DNA of 64,000 nucleotides, from assembly GCA_951406725.2 (NCBI GenBank), contig OX597814.1, positions 91,016,001-91,080,000 on the forward strand, written 5' to 3'. Both the position numbers and the translations under genes were made by a program. Positions 13,701-25,135 of the stretch are shown here, piece by piece. This DNA is from Octopus vulgaris. Lineage: Eukaryota. Position 1 is the stretch's first letter, and every line of letters begins with the position of its first letter. The notes beneath the pieces are model-generated. The model did no database searches and was not told the DNA's origin. It saw only the letters and a list, made by a program, of their open reading frames with translations.

Positions 13701-14025
13701 AATTAAGTAGTCATCTTTTTGTGTACAATTTAAATGATAAACATGTTTTATGTTCGTATGTATCATGTTTAACTCTATTTGAAGGCAGACAGGAACCTCT
13801 GCCCGAGCTGTTCCTTTTATGCTATCCTTTCCATTAGTATGTAAATTCATTTCAGAATTGTTTCTAAATGTTTCGAGATTATCTTCTCTTTGATTATTGC
13901 CAATATTAGATGCAGTTTACTTCTTTTTTCTTTCTTTTCCTTTTGATTCACTAGAGGATTAAAGAAATACTAATAAATTAGACATTTGTGTGCATTTCTC
14001 CTTAACCACTACGCACTATAACCGT

Positions 14026-14233
<208 letters not shown>

Positions 14234-14234
14234 T

Positions 14235-15423
14235 GACATAGAAAGACTATATATACAACGTATAGAAGGTGGTAGAGGCCTTATACAGCTGGAAAACTAC
14301 TATAAAATAACCACCATAGGACTGCAAAAATATCTACTTCAGAAGGAAGGAAAACTGATCCAGATAGCGGCAAAACACGAGCAAAACATAAAACTGTTCT
14401 CAGTATTTAAGGAAGCTGACAAATACAAACAAGAAATCATACCACCTAATAAACATGAAGAAGAAGAAGAAGAAGAAGATGATGAAGAAACAACAAAAGC
14501 TATAAAACAAATGAAATCCAAACTAAAAATAGAACAGCAACGAACCATGATAAAACGATGGCAAGAAAAACCCCTTCATGGTAAATACTGCACTAAACTA
14601 AACGCAAAAGAAATAGACAAAGAAAAATCCCAGCAATGGTTGAGAAGCTCAGGACTCAAAGCAGAAACAGAGGGATTTTTAATTGCAGCACAAGACCAAA
14701 GCCTCCCCACCAGAAATTACCAAAAACATTTAATGAAAAGAAATATTACAAGTAACTGCAGAATATGTGGAGATGGGCAAGAAACAATAAATCATATTAT
14801 CTCTAGCTGCCCAGTCTTGGCTAAGAAGGAATATATTCACAGACATGACAGAGTTGGAACCTACATACATTGGAAGCTATGCCAACATTATGGAATAACA
14901 GCAGAAAAAAGATGGTATAGGCACACACCAGAAAAGGTCACAGAAAACGAGAAAGCAACCATACTCTGGGATATGCCGATACACACAGATAGAGAAATTA
15001 AGGCCAACAGACCAGATATAGTTGTCAGAGATCATGAAGAAAAAAATGCTTTCTAATTGATGTATCAATACCGGCTGATGACAACGTGTCTCTAAAAGAA
15101 ATGGAGAAACTCTCAAAATACAAAGACCTGGAAATAGAGGTAACCAGAATGTGGAATCTGAAAACAGAAACAATCCCTATCATAGTAGGTGCATTAGGCA
15201 TGATAAAAAAATATTCAGACAAATACATAACAAAAACACCAGGACTTACAAACACATATAACATACAGAAAATTGCACTACTAGGCACTGCACACATCCT
15301 ACGCAGAACACTTTCCATACAATAACCATCAGAGCATCACAACAAATCACAGCACATACCCAAGGCACACAGAGCTGTGCTCGGTAGTGAAGTGAAAGCA
15401 CGCTATAAAAATAAAACTACTGA
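14235..15423 (+). mobile_element. 5'-truncated R4/Dong-type LINE (subfamily 1)
   Basis: Open frame from DIERLYIQRIEGGRGL through CRICGDGQETINHIISSC (CCHC), RHD and RPDIVV; one missing A in an A-run near 15040-15047; then LSKYKDL...IIVGALG...LRRTLSIQ*. The 3' UTR ends in (AAT)n. Confidence 0.92.
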
Positions 15424-15446
15424 ATAATAATAATAATAATAATAAA

Positions 15447-15561
<115 letters not shown>

Positions 15562-15996
15562 TATATATACATATACATATGCATGTGGTGAAGAAGAAAA
15601 GAGAAAGAAAAAAAATAAATAAATAAATAAATAAATAAACGTAAACAGGTTTGACCTTTTACTGACCATTAACGTCCTTTGTCTCCATCTACCGTGGCTA
15701 TTTATAGACCCAAAGAACATGAATTCTTTAACCACCCATTCTCCAACACAATGGAGTGTTGATGGTGGCTGTGGCTACACATAAAACAATGTCATTGAAG
15801 ATGATGATGGTGATGGTGATGTTGCTGATGATGGTGATGGTGGTGAAGATGATAGTAATAACAATAATAACTGACAGATCCCGTCTTTTTCCCTTTCTTT
15901 TCGTTTCCTTCTCCGTATTTTATTCTCATTATTTCGAACTAATACAGACACAGTAAGCCTTGAAGAAAGGAAGAGGAGGAAAGGAAAAAAAAAAAA

Positions 15997-18414
15997 ATGT
16001 CCGGAGATAAAACTATCAACAAAAAAAATACAGACGAATATAGATCTGCTAGTCTTAAGAAGCGGCGCTATGAGCAATGCTTACACGTAGTGAACCCTAA
16101 ACTGACAGATCCATCTCCTAATATAAGAATGGATGCTCGTCATGCTTCAAGGTCAACAAATCAAACAATAAACCGCATTGGTCATTGCGCGGATTACAAA
16201 AGACCACGTACCCGAAAATTGAACCAAATCCAGATTGAAAAATCAGTTACTGGATCAAATCTTCCCAACACACAGGAGCTGGACGAACCCCACAACCGGA
16301 ATATTCCAACAGATGGCCATCCATGCTCATCACCAAATAATCAAAAGAAAAAGAAGGAAAAATGGTCTAGGGAAGATAATAAAGAAGTTCTTGAGGCCTT
16401 CTACCATGCCATATATTTCCCCACAGATAAGTCTAGCACTGTACAAGCATACTTAAACTGGAGACAGAAACACCCTGAAGTAAGACCCTACATAGACAGT
16501 AACAAGCTTGCCAATGTTAGAAGAAACATTATAAAAAAGAAATTACTGACTGAAGTAGAGATTGATCAGGTTAGACAAGCAATATCGGATAAAATGAACG
16601 AAGCTGCAGCTAGAGAAGATAATACAGAGGAAATGATTATAGTCCAGCCCAGGGCGGATAAAAACGAAGAGAGGATTGAAAGAGTTAGTATAAGTGATAG
16701 GCAAAGTGAAATACGCCCTGAACCAATCATAAACACTAAGACAGATGAGCATCAAATAGATAAAGAAAGTCACACAAATATTGACCCAACAGAACTACAT
16801 GAGCTAAAAAATCAAATCATGATTGAATGGCTGAAAATTAAAGAAACCAGCATGGATGAGCGTGATACACTTCCTAAAATCCGCAACTCTAACCAAAACA
16901 TGAAAATAATTGGTAAAATCCGGCTTGCACTTAAGGATATAATTTCAGTTAATGATGTTGATATCACAAACCTCAACCACCTATACTATGCATCCGCGAA
17001 AATCTCAACGATCCTATGTGGTGTAAAGATTAGAAAACGGCAACAGTCCCACAAAAAGCCTTCTTGGCAAGAGCGTCTGCAACAACAAATTAAAATATTT
17101 AGATCTGACATTGAATATTTGAAAAACCTTAAGGCTCACAAGATTACCAAACCTACAAAAACCCCAAAATTACTGAAAAAATACAATATGAAAACTATAC
17201 TTGATATTGATGCCACCATAGAAACCATCAAACAAAAGGTATCTGCCAAAGCTGCCCGCATAGCGAGGTATGAAAAGCGTGTTAGATTTTTCAAGGACAA
17301 CAACATGTTCAAAAATAACACCAAGAATTTTTACAGGAAGATAGGAAAAACAGCGTTTACTGCAGGGTCTGTACCATCAAAAGAAGAAGTGCAGAGATTT
17401 TGGAATAAAATCTGGGCAGAAGAAAAAACACACAACGAAAAGGCCCCCTGGATTGACAGAATATCTACAGAACTGGACCCCTTAGAAGAGCAAAAGTGGG
17501 AGGGTGTCAAGGTAGAAGATATAAGATCTGCTCTCAGGAGGTCAAGCAAATGGAAGTCTCCAGGAAAGGATAAAGTTCCTAACTTCTGGCTGAATGCCTT
17601 CCCAGAGAGCCATGAACTGCTAACAGAACTGTACAATGATGTTTTGCAACACCCTAGTAGTATGCCTCCTTGGCTAGTTAATGGGTTAACATTCCTGCTT
17701 CCAAAAAGTGAAGAAACAAATGAACCAAAAAACTATAGACCCATAACTTGCTTAACAACTATGTACAAAACACTAACATCTGTCCTGACGGAATATACCT
17801 ATAGTTTTTTAACAGACAGCAGCATATTCCCTAATGAACAGAAAGGATGTAAACGTGGATCCTACGGCTGTAAAGACCAACTACTCATCAATAAGATGAT
17901 CTTAGAAGATTGTCACAAACGACACAAAAACTTATCAATAGCCTGGATAGACTATAAAAAGGCTTTTGATAGCCTACCACATAGCTGGATTAGGAAATGC
18001 CTTGAAATGTATAAGATAGCACCTACTCTGCGAAACTTCTTGACTGTAAGTATGAGATCATGGAGAACCACACTAACTCTGAACAGTGACAGTGAATCCC
18101 TAAATGCTGGTGATGTAAAAATTTCGTGTGGCATTTTCCAGGGTGACTCACTGTCACCACTCCTCTTTTGTTTATCCTTAATACCTCTCTCAAAGCTGCT
18201 CAATGACGCGCAGTACGGGTATAAAATGTTTGATAAAAATATAAATCATCTCATTTACATGGATGATTTAAAGCTTTTTGCAAAAAATGATCAACAACTC
18301 AAGGGCTTACTAGCGATAGTCAAACAATTCAGTGACGACATCAGAATGCAATTCGGCCTCGATAAATGTGCAAAGGCTACCTTTATCAAAGGAAAAAATG
18401 ACAGAAACATCTAA
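15997..18414 (+). CDS. R4/Dong ORF, N-terminal and reverse transcriptase part (true start may be the ATG near 16129)
   Basis: 805-aa ORF: KWSREDNKEVLEAFY (N-terminal motif), KSPGKD, YRPITCL, EQKG, WIDYKKAFDS, GIFQGDSLSPLLF, YMDD. Confidence 0.9.
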   Translation: MSGDKTINKKNTDEYRSASLKKRRYEQCLHVVNPKLTDPSPNIRMDARHASRSTNQTINRIGHCADYKRPRTRKLNQIQIEKSVTGSNLPNTQELDEPHNRNIPTDGHPCSSPNNQKKKKEKWSREDNKEVLEAFYHAIYFPTDKSSTVQAYLNWRQKHPEVRPYIDSNKLANVRRNIIKKKLLTEVEIDQVRQAISDKMNEAAAREDNTEEMIIVQPRADKNEERIERVSISDRQSEIRPEPIINTKTDEHQIDKESHTNIDPTELHELKNQIMIEWLKIKETSMDERDTLPKIRNSNQNMKIIGKIRLALKDIISVNDVDITNLNHLYYASAKISTILCGVKIRKRQQSHKKPSWQERLQQQIKIFRSDIEYLKNLKAHKITKPTKTPKLLKKYNMKTILDIDATIETIKQKVSAKAARIARYEKRVRFFKDNNMFKNNTKNFYRKIGKTAFTAGSVPSKEEVQRFWNKIWAEEKTHNEKAPWIDRISTELDPLEEQKWEGVKVEDIRSALRRSSKWKSPGKDKVPNFWLNAFPESHELLTELYNDVLQHPSSMPPWLVNGLTFLLPKSEETNEPKNYRPITCLTTMYKTLTSVLTEYTYSFLTDSSIFPNEQKGCKRGSYGCKDQLLINKMILEDCHKRHKNLSIAWIDYKKAFDSLPHSWIRKCLEMYKIAPTLRNFLTVSMRSWRTTLTLNSDSESLNAGDVKISCGIFQGDSLSPLLFCLSLIPLSKLLNDAQYGYKMFDKNINHLIYMDDLKLFAKNDQQLKGLLAIVKQFSDDIRMQFGLDKCAKATFIKGKNDRNI

Positions 18415-19816
18415 CGTTAACCTTGACCAACAGAATGTCATAAAAGAACTAGACCCAGCGGAGAGCTACAAGTACCTAGGGATAATTGAAGGGAACGGAA
18501 TAAGGCATTCAGAGATGAAGGAAAGGATCAGGAGAGAATGCTATCGAAGAGTGAGAGCAATACTCAAGACAGAGCTGAATGCAAGAAACAGGATCGAAGC
18601 AATCAATGCATTAGCTATACCAGTCGTGACTTACAGTTTCAATATTGTTAACTGGTCAATTACTGAAATATGTCAGCTCGACAGAAAAATAAGGAAACTG
18701 TTGACAATACATAGAATGCACCACCCTAAGGCAGATACAGAACTACTCTATCTGCCAAGAAAAGAGGGAGGCCGTGGTCTTTTGCAACTGGCAATAACAA
18801 TGAAGATTGCTACAATTGGCCTAGACACCTACCTGAAAAACTCTGAGGACTGGATGCTAAAACTTGTCTCAAAACATGAAAACAAGAAAGCATCATACTC
18901 AGTCACAAAACAGGCAAAGGAATATCTAAGTGAATTCCGAATACAACCAATTTCGGAATTAGAGATAGATATACAAGAAACAAGCACAGAAAAAGCTAGG
19001 CGCATGAAAACCCGTGCCAAAACTGCGGCCTTAGATATTCTGAATAATAAATGGCAAGAAAAACCTCTCTATGGCAAATACCCAAAGAGAGCGAATAATG
19101 CAGATATCGACAAAGCCCTGACCCATCAATGGCTAATGGCCTCTGGCTTAAAATCTGAAACAGAGGGGTTTATCATAGCAGCTCAAGATCAATGCCTACC
19201 AACAAGAAACTACCAGGCCAACATATTAAAGATCAGAAGCAGTCCAACGTGTCGTGTATGCAAGCAACAAAATGAAACCATTGACCATGTGGTCTCCAAG
19301 TGCAGTCTTCTAGCGCCTACAGAGTATCTCAACAGGCACGATAGAGCTGCACAATATATTCACTGGGTAATCTGTAAAAACCTGGATTTGCCCCATGAAA
19401 AAAACTGGTGGGAACACAAACCACCCCCAGTGCTTGAAAATGACCACATCTCACTCCTCTGGAACTTCACCATTCAAACTGACAGGAAGATAGATGCAAA
19501 TAGGCCAGACATCATATTGAAAAACTTCAAACAAAGAACATGCCTCCTCATTGATATGACTGTCCCAATCGATATAAACGTATCTGTCAAGACCTACCAA
19601 AAACTGAGCAAATATAAAGATCTTGAAATAGAAATCAGCAAAATGTGGAAGCTGAAGACTAAAACAATACCTGTTGTCATAGGTGCCCTGGGAATGATAG
19701 CAAAAGGGGCTGATAGCTACCTAACTCAGATACCAGGAAACCCAAAAATGGCAGAAGTTCAAAAGATAGTGCTCATGGGAACTGCTCATATCCTACGCAA
19801 AATACTCTCTATGTAA
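18398..19816 (+). CDS. R4/Dong ORF, thumb + CCHC + restriction-like endonuclease part (continues the previous ORF after a 1-nt frameshift)
   Basis: YKYLG, LYLPRKEGGRGL, CRVCKQQNETIDHVVSKC, RHD, RPDIIL...IDMTVP...KLSKYKDL, VVIGALG. Confidence 0.9.
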   Translation: MTETSNVNLDQQNVIKELDPAESYKYLGIIEGNGIRHSEMKERIRRECYRRVRAILKTELNARNRIEAINALAIPVVTYSFNIVNWSITEICQLDRKIRKLLTIHRMHHPKADTELLYLPRKEGGRGLLQLAITMKIATIGLDTYLKNSEDWMLKLVSKHENKKASYSVTKQAKEYLSEFRIQPISELEIDIQETSTEKARRMKTRAKTAALDILNNKWQEKPLYGKYPKRANNADIDKALTHQWLMASGLKSETEGFIIAAQDQCLPTRNYQANILKIRSSPTCRVCKQQNETIDHVVSKCSLLAPTEYLNRHDRAAQYIHWVICKNLDLPHEKNWWEHKPPPVLENDHISLLWNFTIQTDRKIDANRPDIILKNFKQRTCLLIDMTVPIDINVSVKTYQKLSKYKDLEIEISKMWKLKTKTIPVVIGALGMIAKGADSYLTQIPGNPKMAEVQKIVLMGTAHILRKILSM

Positions 19817-20070
19817 TCTCAAGGTTTAAAACAAACATAATTTTCGGTTTAAAAAAAAAAAAAAAAAAAAAAACCTTTTTTTTTTCTTTTTAGACATTCA
19901 TTAGTACAACATCCCCACCCCCCAAATATATGGCACACTAGGCATAACAACAACATGAACTTCCAACCCTGTTGTCTCTTGAGGTCTCTGGGTGAGACTT
20001 GGAGCCAACTTGTACAAATATAAAGCAAAAGTCAAACATAGAATAATAATAATAATAATAATAATAATAA

Positions 20071-20225
20071 ACATCGAAAAATACCTTAGGAATGAGAACC
20101 CAGGTTCGAAATTTCCCCCAGGCACCTGATGAAGGCTGGAGGGTATATCAGCCGAAACGTTGTGTTAACAGTAAACAAGATGAGGACAAATATCCGTCAA
20201 GTGTAAATCATGTAAATAATGTATA
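20071..20225 (+). mobile_element. 3' half of SINE family B (contains a hammerhead motif)
   Basis: acatcgaaaaataccttaggaatgagaacccaggttcgaaattt...tgtaaataatgt matches the reverse complement of ~25136-25293. Confidence 0.85.
20121..20166 (+). ncRNA. Minimal type I hammerhead ribozyme motif (Penelope-type)
   Basis: Stem I GGCAC/GTGTT; core CTGATGA; stem II GGCTG-gagggtatat-CAGCC; GAAA; palindromic ACGT in place of stem III; predicted site GUU. Activity is untested. Confidence 0.7.
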
Positions 20226-20269
20226 TAAAGTTTTTTGTTGTTCTTCTTGAAACGGATACGCCCTAATGA

Positions 20270-23215
20270 AATCTCTAGTTGGTACTTTCAACGGTTTTTT
20301 TCACTGTTGTTGGGACCAATTTGGTTCTAGATATCGTTAACGATAACTTTAAGAACCAGGTTGTGTCGCCATGTATAGCTGTTCAATGCTAATGAAGATT
20401 GGAAAGAATATATTTCAGTATTCCAACCTTTCCACATTTTCATATATCATTCCCTGAGACTTTCCATCTTACTAGCTTTTTAGCTGATGGCAAAACATCA
20501 TAGGATGAACGAATCGGAAAACTTAGCCGAGGTGTGGACCACCCCCATATCTCATTCCAACTTATTTTCCACTCAACAACATGTTCTTCCCATCTCGTCA
20601 TCTGTCCTTGTTGAATGCATCGGATCAAGTGACATTCTCTTCTCTCTGTTTCCCTAGTTTTGATGCTTTTGCTAACAGATCTGCGTTCGCTCCGCATCAT
20701 ACTTGCAAACTGTCTGAACTGATCTGCGCCAAAACAATCTCCCTTCCGATGAGTTTTGCATTGCACCTACCATATCACGGTGTGTAAGAGTAGACAAGAT
20801 ATCATCAGTCACCGCTTCTGTTTTCCACTTCCTTGCTGTTTTCGCCACTGGTGGATTACACTTGAGTTCTATGTCTTTCGATTCTCTCAGGATCATCACT
20901 GTTCGTACCTTCCCAAGTTTAGATATTTCGACTATTGACGCCTGTTGTAACTGCAACGAGCCTCTTTTACGATAAAGAGCTGAACTGTTCAACATCCGAG
21001 GTCGGCCTAGCCACTTTCTAATGAACACATTACATTTTTGTTCAATGATCTGAACTCGTGACAATGCTACCTCGTATATTAAATGTGACAACGAAAGTTG
21101 CGGATACAAGCCGAACTGCAAGCACTAAATTTGATATTTACCTGGTAACTTTGATTTATCAACGGCTGATAATCCAACATCAGCTTGTTTCATAATTTCC
21201 ATTTCGTGACTCCTATCTGACAATGTTCCAGCATATACTCGCCCAGAGCTTTTGACGGGTTCTTCTTTAACTCTTGGAATGCTTTCTTCAGCTATTGAAA
21301 CTTAAATTATTTCTGCACTCACTTAACAATTATCAGACAACGCGACTTTTTTGCTCTAAACCGCATCCTTGACCACCAAACAAGCTCGTCTAACCTCAAG
21401 AGGGCACTCTGCATGCTTTGTTTATCTGTAGATACATGTGACATATCATCCATGGAGACTTTCTTAGGCGATTGTATATTTGTTCGAAAAATGCATGGCT
21501 TTCAAAATCATCTCCATGACTAAGATAAACTATGTGACAGATATTGTACAGCCAGCAGTAATACCAATTTTCAATCGGTACCATCCTGTTGTAAAATCTC
21601 CAGCTGTAAACCTCATCTTGAAGCTGTCATAACATATTCTCATTATTTTCGTTACTTTGGAATGTAGAAGTGGTCCATGGCTCTCACCAGTAATTCGTAT
21701 GGCACTCAGCCATATGCATTAGCGACGTGAAGCTATACTACGTTCAGACTTCTCTTGTTCGGTTTGACATCCTAGATCGCTTTATAGATCAGAAAAAAGT
21801 GTTGAACGCATCCAGGGATCCCAGTGATTCCGGCCTTTTGAACAGATTCGTCAACATATCCATTACTCTGTAAATATCTCACTGCTTTCCTTGAAAGAAT
21901 TCTCATAAAGATCTTGACTTCCACATTCAATAAGGATATCAGCCTAAACTGTTTTATAGTCTCTGCATTGGCCTCCTGTGGCAGGTATATGCCTTTGCCT
22001 TACACCAATACTTTGCTACAATCTCTTCGCGCCACAGCTGTTGGAGTAGAACAAAGAGCTTTTGCAGACGATTGCAGTATGAGTAAACTTTATACGAGAC
22101 ACCATCACCTCCTGGGTCACTCTTTGCTCTAGTGTTTCATTCACCTCTGTCTTCCTGATGTTCCGTATTTGAAATTCGATATCAGGTTCTAAGAGATGAT
22201 TTAGCTCATGTAGAGGAGGCAGTGGATGGTTATGGTACGGATCTTTGTAGGTTTCTTTGATATGAGCGTCCAATTCTTCTTTTGTGCACGATAAAGTACC
22301 ACACGTCGGTTCAGTGACCAGCTTCAGAGTAAACCCGTGCGGGTCTTTCAGAAACTGCCTCCGAGTCAATTTACTCTCCTTTCGTTGCTCTTATTGGTGG
22401 ATATATCATTGCACATGACGGCATTCGTTTTCAAATCGTCGTACAACAGCGCGAGGCCAGATTTTTCATCTTCTGTAGCATATTTCCATCGATTTCTTAG
22501 GCTGGTCTTTTCCTTCCTCAACTGTTTTATTTTCCTGATTCTCCTGCTTGGTCCACACTTTCCTTTCGCTAATCGGATGCTATCTTTCACTCCAAATAAG
22601 TCCTTTCCTGTATCGTAAATTGAACTTGTTAACTTTCCCGGTCTCTCCATTGTAGAGCCTGTAATTTTATAAAGAGCTCAATATACCTTGTTTTGAAACA
22701 CTTTATATTTTCCTTTCTCATTATCAGCAGGCCACAAAATCCTCGGTTTCTTCCGAGTACTATCTGATGCACCAGTTTCATAGCCTGCAGTTTCCTGTCA
22801 GGTAGAGGTCTTTGCTGTAGCATTTATCGATTTGCTATGTTTTGAGTCCGGGGATGATTTGCCACGTGCTTTACGATCAGCTGATCTATACTACTCTGTC
22901 CTCTTCTTACAAGTCTTTCCCTGTTGTATCTTCAAGCCTCTCTCGGTTGCAAAGATCCTACAGCACAGCTTGCATCCAAAGTTGCTGGTACTTCGTTCGC
23001 TGTTCGAATGAATAGCCGTACTCGTGTACATGTTTATTTCCGTGTTAACTGGGTTTGATTGATTCTCGACTCCCCACTCTCGGTCAATCGTGGGATTGTC
23101 ATTCTCATTGGTATCTGTTACAACATATTACAAAGGCGAGGATCGTACGTCTGCAGCCTCCGCCAGCCTTTCCTGGTGTCGATAGTCTTTCCCATTGTCC
23201 GCCCGTCTTTCCGAA
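20270..23215 (-). mobile_element. Decayed HERO-like (R2-superfamily, RLE) non-LTR retrotransposon, 3' endonuclease end missing
   Basis: Minus-strand fragments: N-terminal finger CKLCCRIFATERGLKIQQGKTC, QFLKDPHGFT...GTLSCTKEELDAHIKETY, ISLLNVE, SVQKAGI, IRKWLG.PRMLNSSALY, QQGQMTRWE...IRSSYDVLPS, YTWRHN. Many frameshifts. The clade call is from recalled motif similarity. Confidence 0.75.
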
Positions 23216-24092
23216 TATATTTAGATTATCTATGATTATCCTGAACATGGCAGGTGCAAACTTTATTCATATACGTAGAGTAAAGTTTTCTGTTAATTAA
23301 TGTTTTTTTTTTTTAAATTCCAAGATCAAATATCTTTCGATATTTGCTAATCATTATTGAATCAGAATAATCAAAACAGATTTGAATCTTCGAAATACGA
23401 TGTAAAGTAGCAAATCAAATTTTAGTGTCTCCAAAATATCCTTAGATAAACGTTTTTGAATAAAATATAATTCTCTATAATTTAATTTTCCTGATCTGTT
23501 TCATCAAAATTACACGGTAAAGTATTCATTCATAAATTATTTATAAGTGAAATCTTAAATATTATTGATTTCTGTTATTTACTTTCTATTAGAGTTTCCA
23601 AGTTTCTTATAATTATTATTTGCTTCCAGAGCAAAATATCGTGCAGATTTATGTGCTTTTGTTACCTGAAAGAATTTTCAGTATTATTATATTATATTGA
23701 AATAAATAATATTTTAATTGCGCTTTAAAGTTAAAACTACTATATTCGTTGTCTACAAATATTCAAGCGATTTGATAACATAATTCTCAGAAATAATTTG
23801 GAACATTCTCAAGGCACTTGCTATGTGGATTTATTCAGTTTTCAGTTTTATTCGTTTTGTTTTTTATGAACTTTTCTTATATTTCAATATTTTATATTTG
23901 CACAGTTTGCAAATATGTTTAGGAACAGATTACTATATGTTGCAACGTATACTTTTACAATAGGCGGTGAAGGGAATATATGTCTAAAACTTGGATATTG
24001 TAGCCTTTAGACATAATTAAACCATAAGAGAAATATTAAACATTACTTCTAACCTCAAGAAAATTATTATTGGTGTTTCTGAACTTTGTACC

Positions 24093-24503
24093 TTGAAAAA
24101 CAGCCGCAAGAGTGTTAAGTCCTGTTCGTTGCGCAGCGACATGTGTCATGTCAATTACATCTTGAATCATATGAGGAATGTTATGATTTATTCGGAAGAT
24201 GGAACATGTAAAGCTACCCATTTGGTGTACGCCGCAGAATGCACCATACACAACTTGATTTATATTTGTTGTACAGCAGAACAATTAAACAAAATTTTCA
24301 ATGGGTATCGGTATGATATTAGGCACAATAGCAGTAGTTCGACAGCACTTGCCAAATATTTTACATCAAATGGCTGCAGTTTTGAGGAACATGTGAAAGC
24401 GCACATTCTCAGAAAATATTCAGAATCTACTACCCATTCAGTCCTCAAAATGCATGACGACCGATATATTTGCGAATTACTAAAATCACCTCCTAGAGAA
24501 TGA
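24093..24503 (+). pseudogene. GIY-YIG endonuclease fragment of a Penelope-like element
   Basis: 136-aa ORF with degenerate VY and YI(C) motifs; the catalytic Arg position is substituted. Confidence 0.7.
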
Positions 24504-24700
24504 ATAAAATGAAAGGTGAATTTCATCACATATACACAAAACTGTTGGATTAAATATTCTTTTTTCTTTTTTTCTGTATTTTTCCTGTCACCAGTTACAA
24601 AACAGAAACCTTATGATGTCATTCTATCAAAATACGAACACGGGATTTCCTCGTTTATATTTTGAATTTCTGTGTATCTGCAGTTGTTTTCTTTCTAAAT

Positions 24701-24742
24701 TTTGAACTTGAAGATAGACGATCTGTCGATATATCGTTCAAA
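24701..24742 (+). ncRNA. Degenerate minimal hammerhead motif in the PLE 3' region
   Basis: Stem I TTTGAAC/GTTCAAA; core TTGAAGA; stem II GAC-gatct-GTC; GATA in place of GAAA; TATC site. Two core substitutions. Confidence 0.55.
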
Positions 24743-24804
24743 CCGTTAAAAACACAATCTATTACAAATCGCATCGCACTCTTCTTATTGTGTATACAGG
24801 AGAT

Positions 24805-25066
24805 GTGCTTACAAGTAGTTGGGGATTTGGGAAATGGATAAATTGATGGAGAAAGAAATGACAGAAAAATTTAAGGTGGAGTACTTGCGCAGACTCAGGC
24901 TGATCCTTAAGTCGAAATTAAACGGACGGAATAAGATTGAAGCTATCAAAATCTGGGCATTTTCACTCCTTAGATACGGAGCAGGGGTAATCGCATGAAC
25001 AGTAAACGAACTAAACAACTTAGATAGAAAGACAAGGAAGTTGCTAACTAGACATGGGACACTTTC
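24805..25066 (+). mobile_element. R4/Dong-type LINE internal (thumb) fragment
   Basis: YK*LGIWEMDKLMEKEMTEKFKVEYLRRLRLILKSKLNGRNKIEAI...LDRKTRKLLT, homologous to ~18470-18720. Confidence 0.8.
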
Positions 25067-25135
25067 AACAATATGAGTACGCCATGAGGTTTCCAGACAA
25101 GTTTCATCAAAATTGATAAAGCGATGTAGGAGGAC

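Larger units (their letters stand above)
15871..20041 (+). mobile_element. Apparently full-length R4/Dong-clade non-LTR retrotransposon (subfamily 2)
   Basis: Bounded by AAT repeats at both ends; single-ORF architecture with an N-terminal Myb-like region, RT, CCHC knuckle and restriction-like endonuclease; 3' UTR 19817-20041. The 5' boundary is inferred. Confidence 0.9.
24000..24790 (+). mobile_element. Penelope-like element remnant (GIY-YIG endonuclease plus 3' pLTR region)
   Basis: GTCKATHLVYAAECTIHNLIYICCTAEQLNKIFNGYRYDI...TALAKYF matches the PLE GIY-YIG pattern TC...VY...C...YIG.T...L..RF..HR; a hammerhead-like motif lies downstream. Confidence 0.75.

Noticed and set aside
19847-19892. 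A-run followed by T-run as a terminator-like hairpin
   Set aside because: Low-complexity tract in the LINE 3' UTR; intrinsic terminators do not apply to this eukaryotic context.
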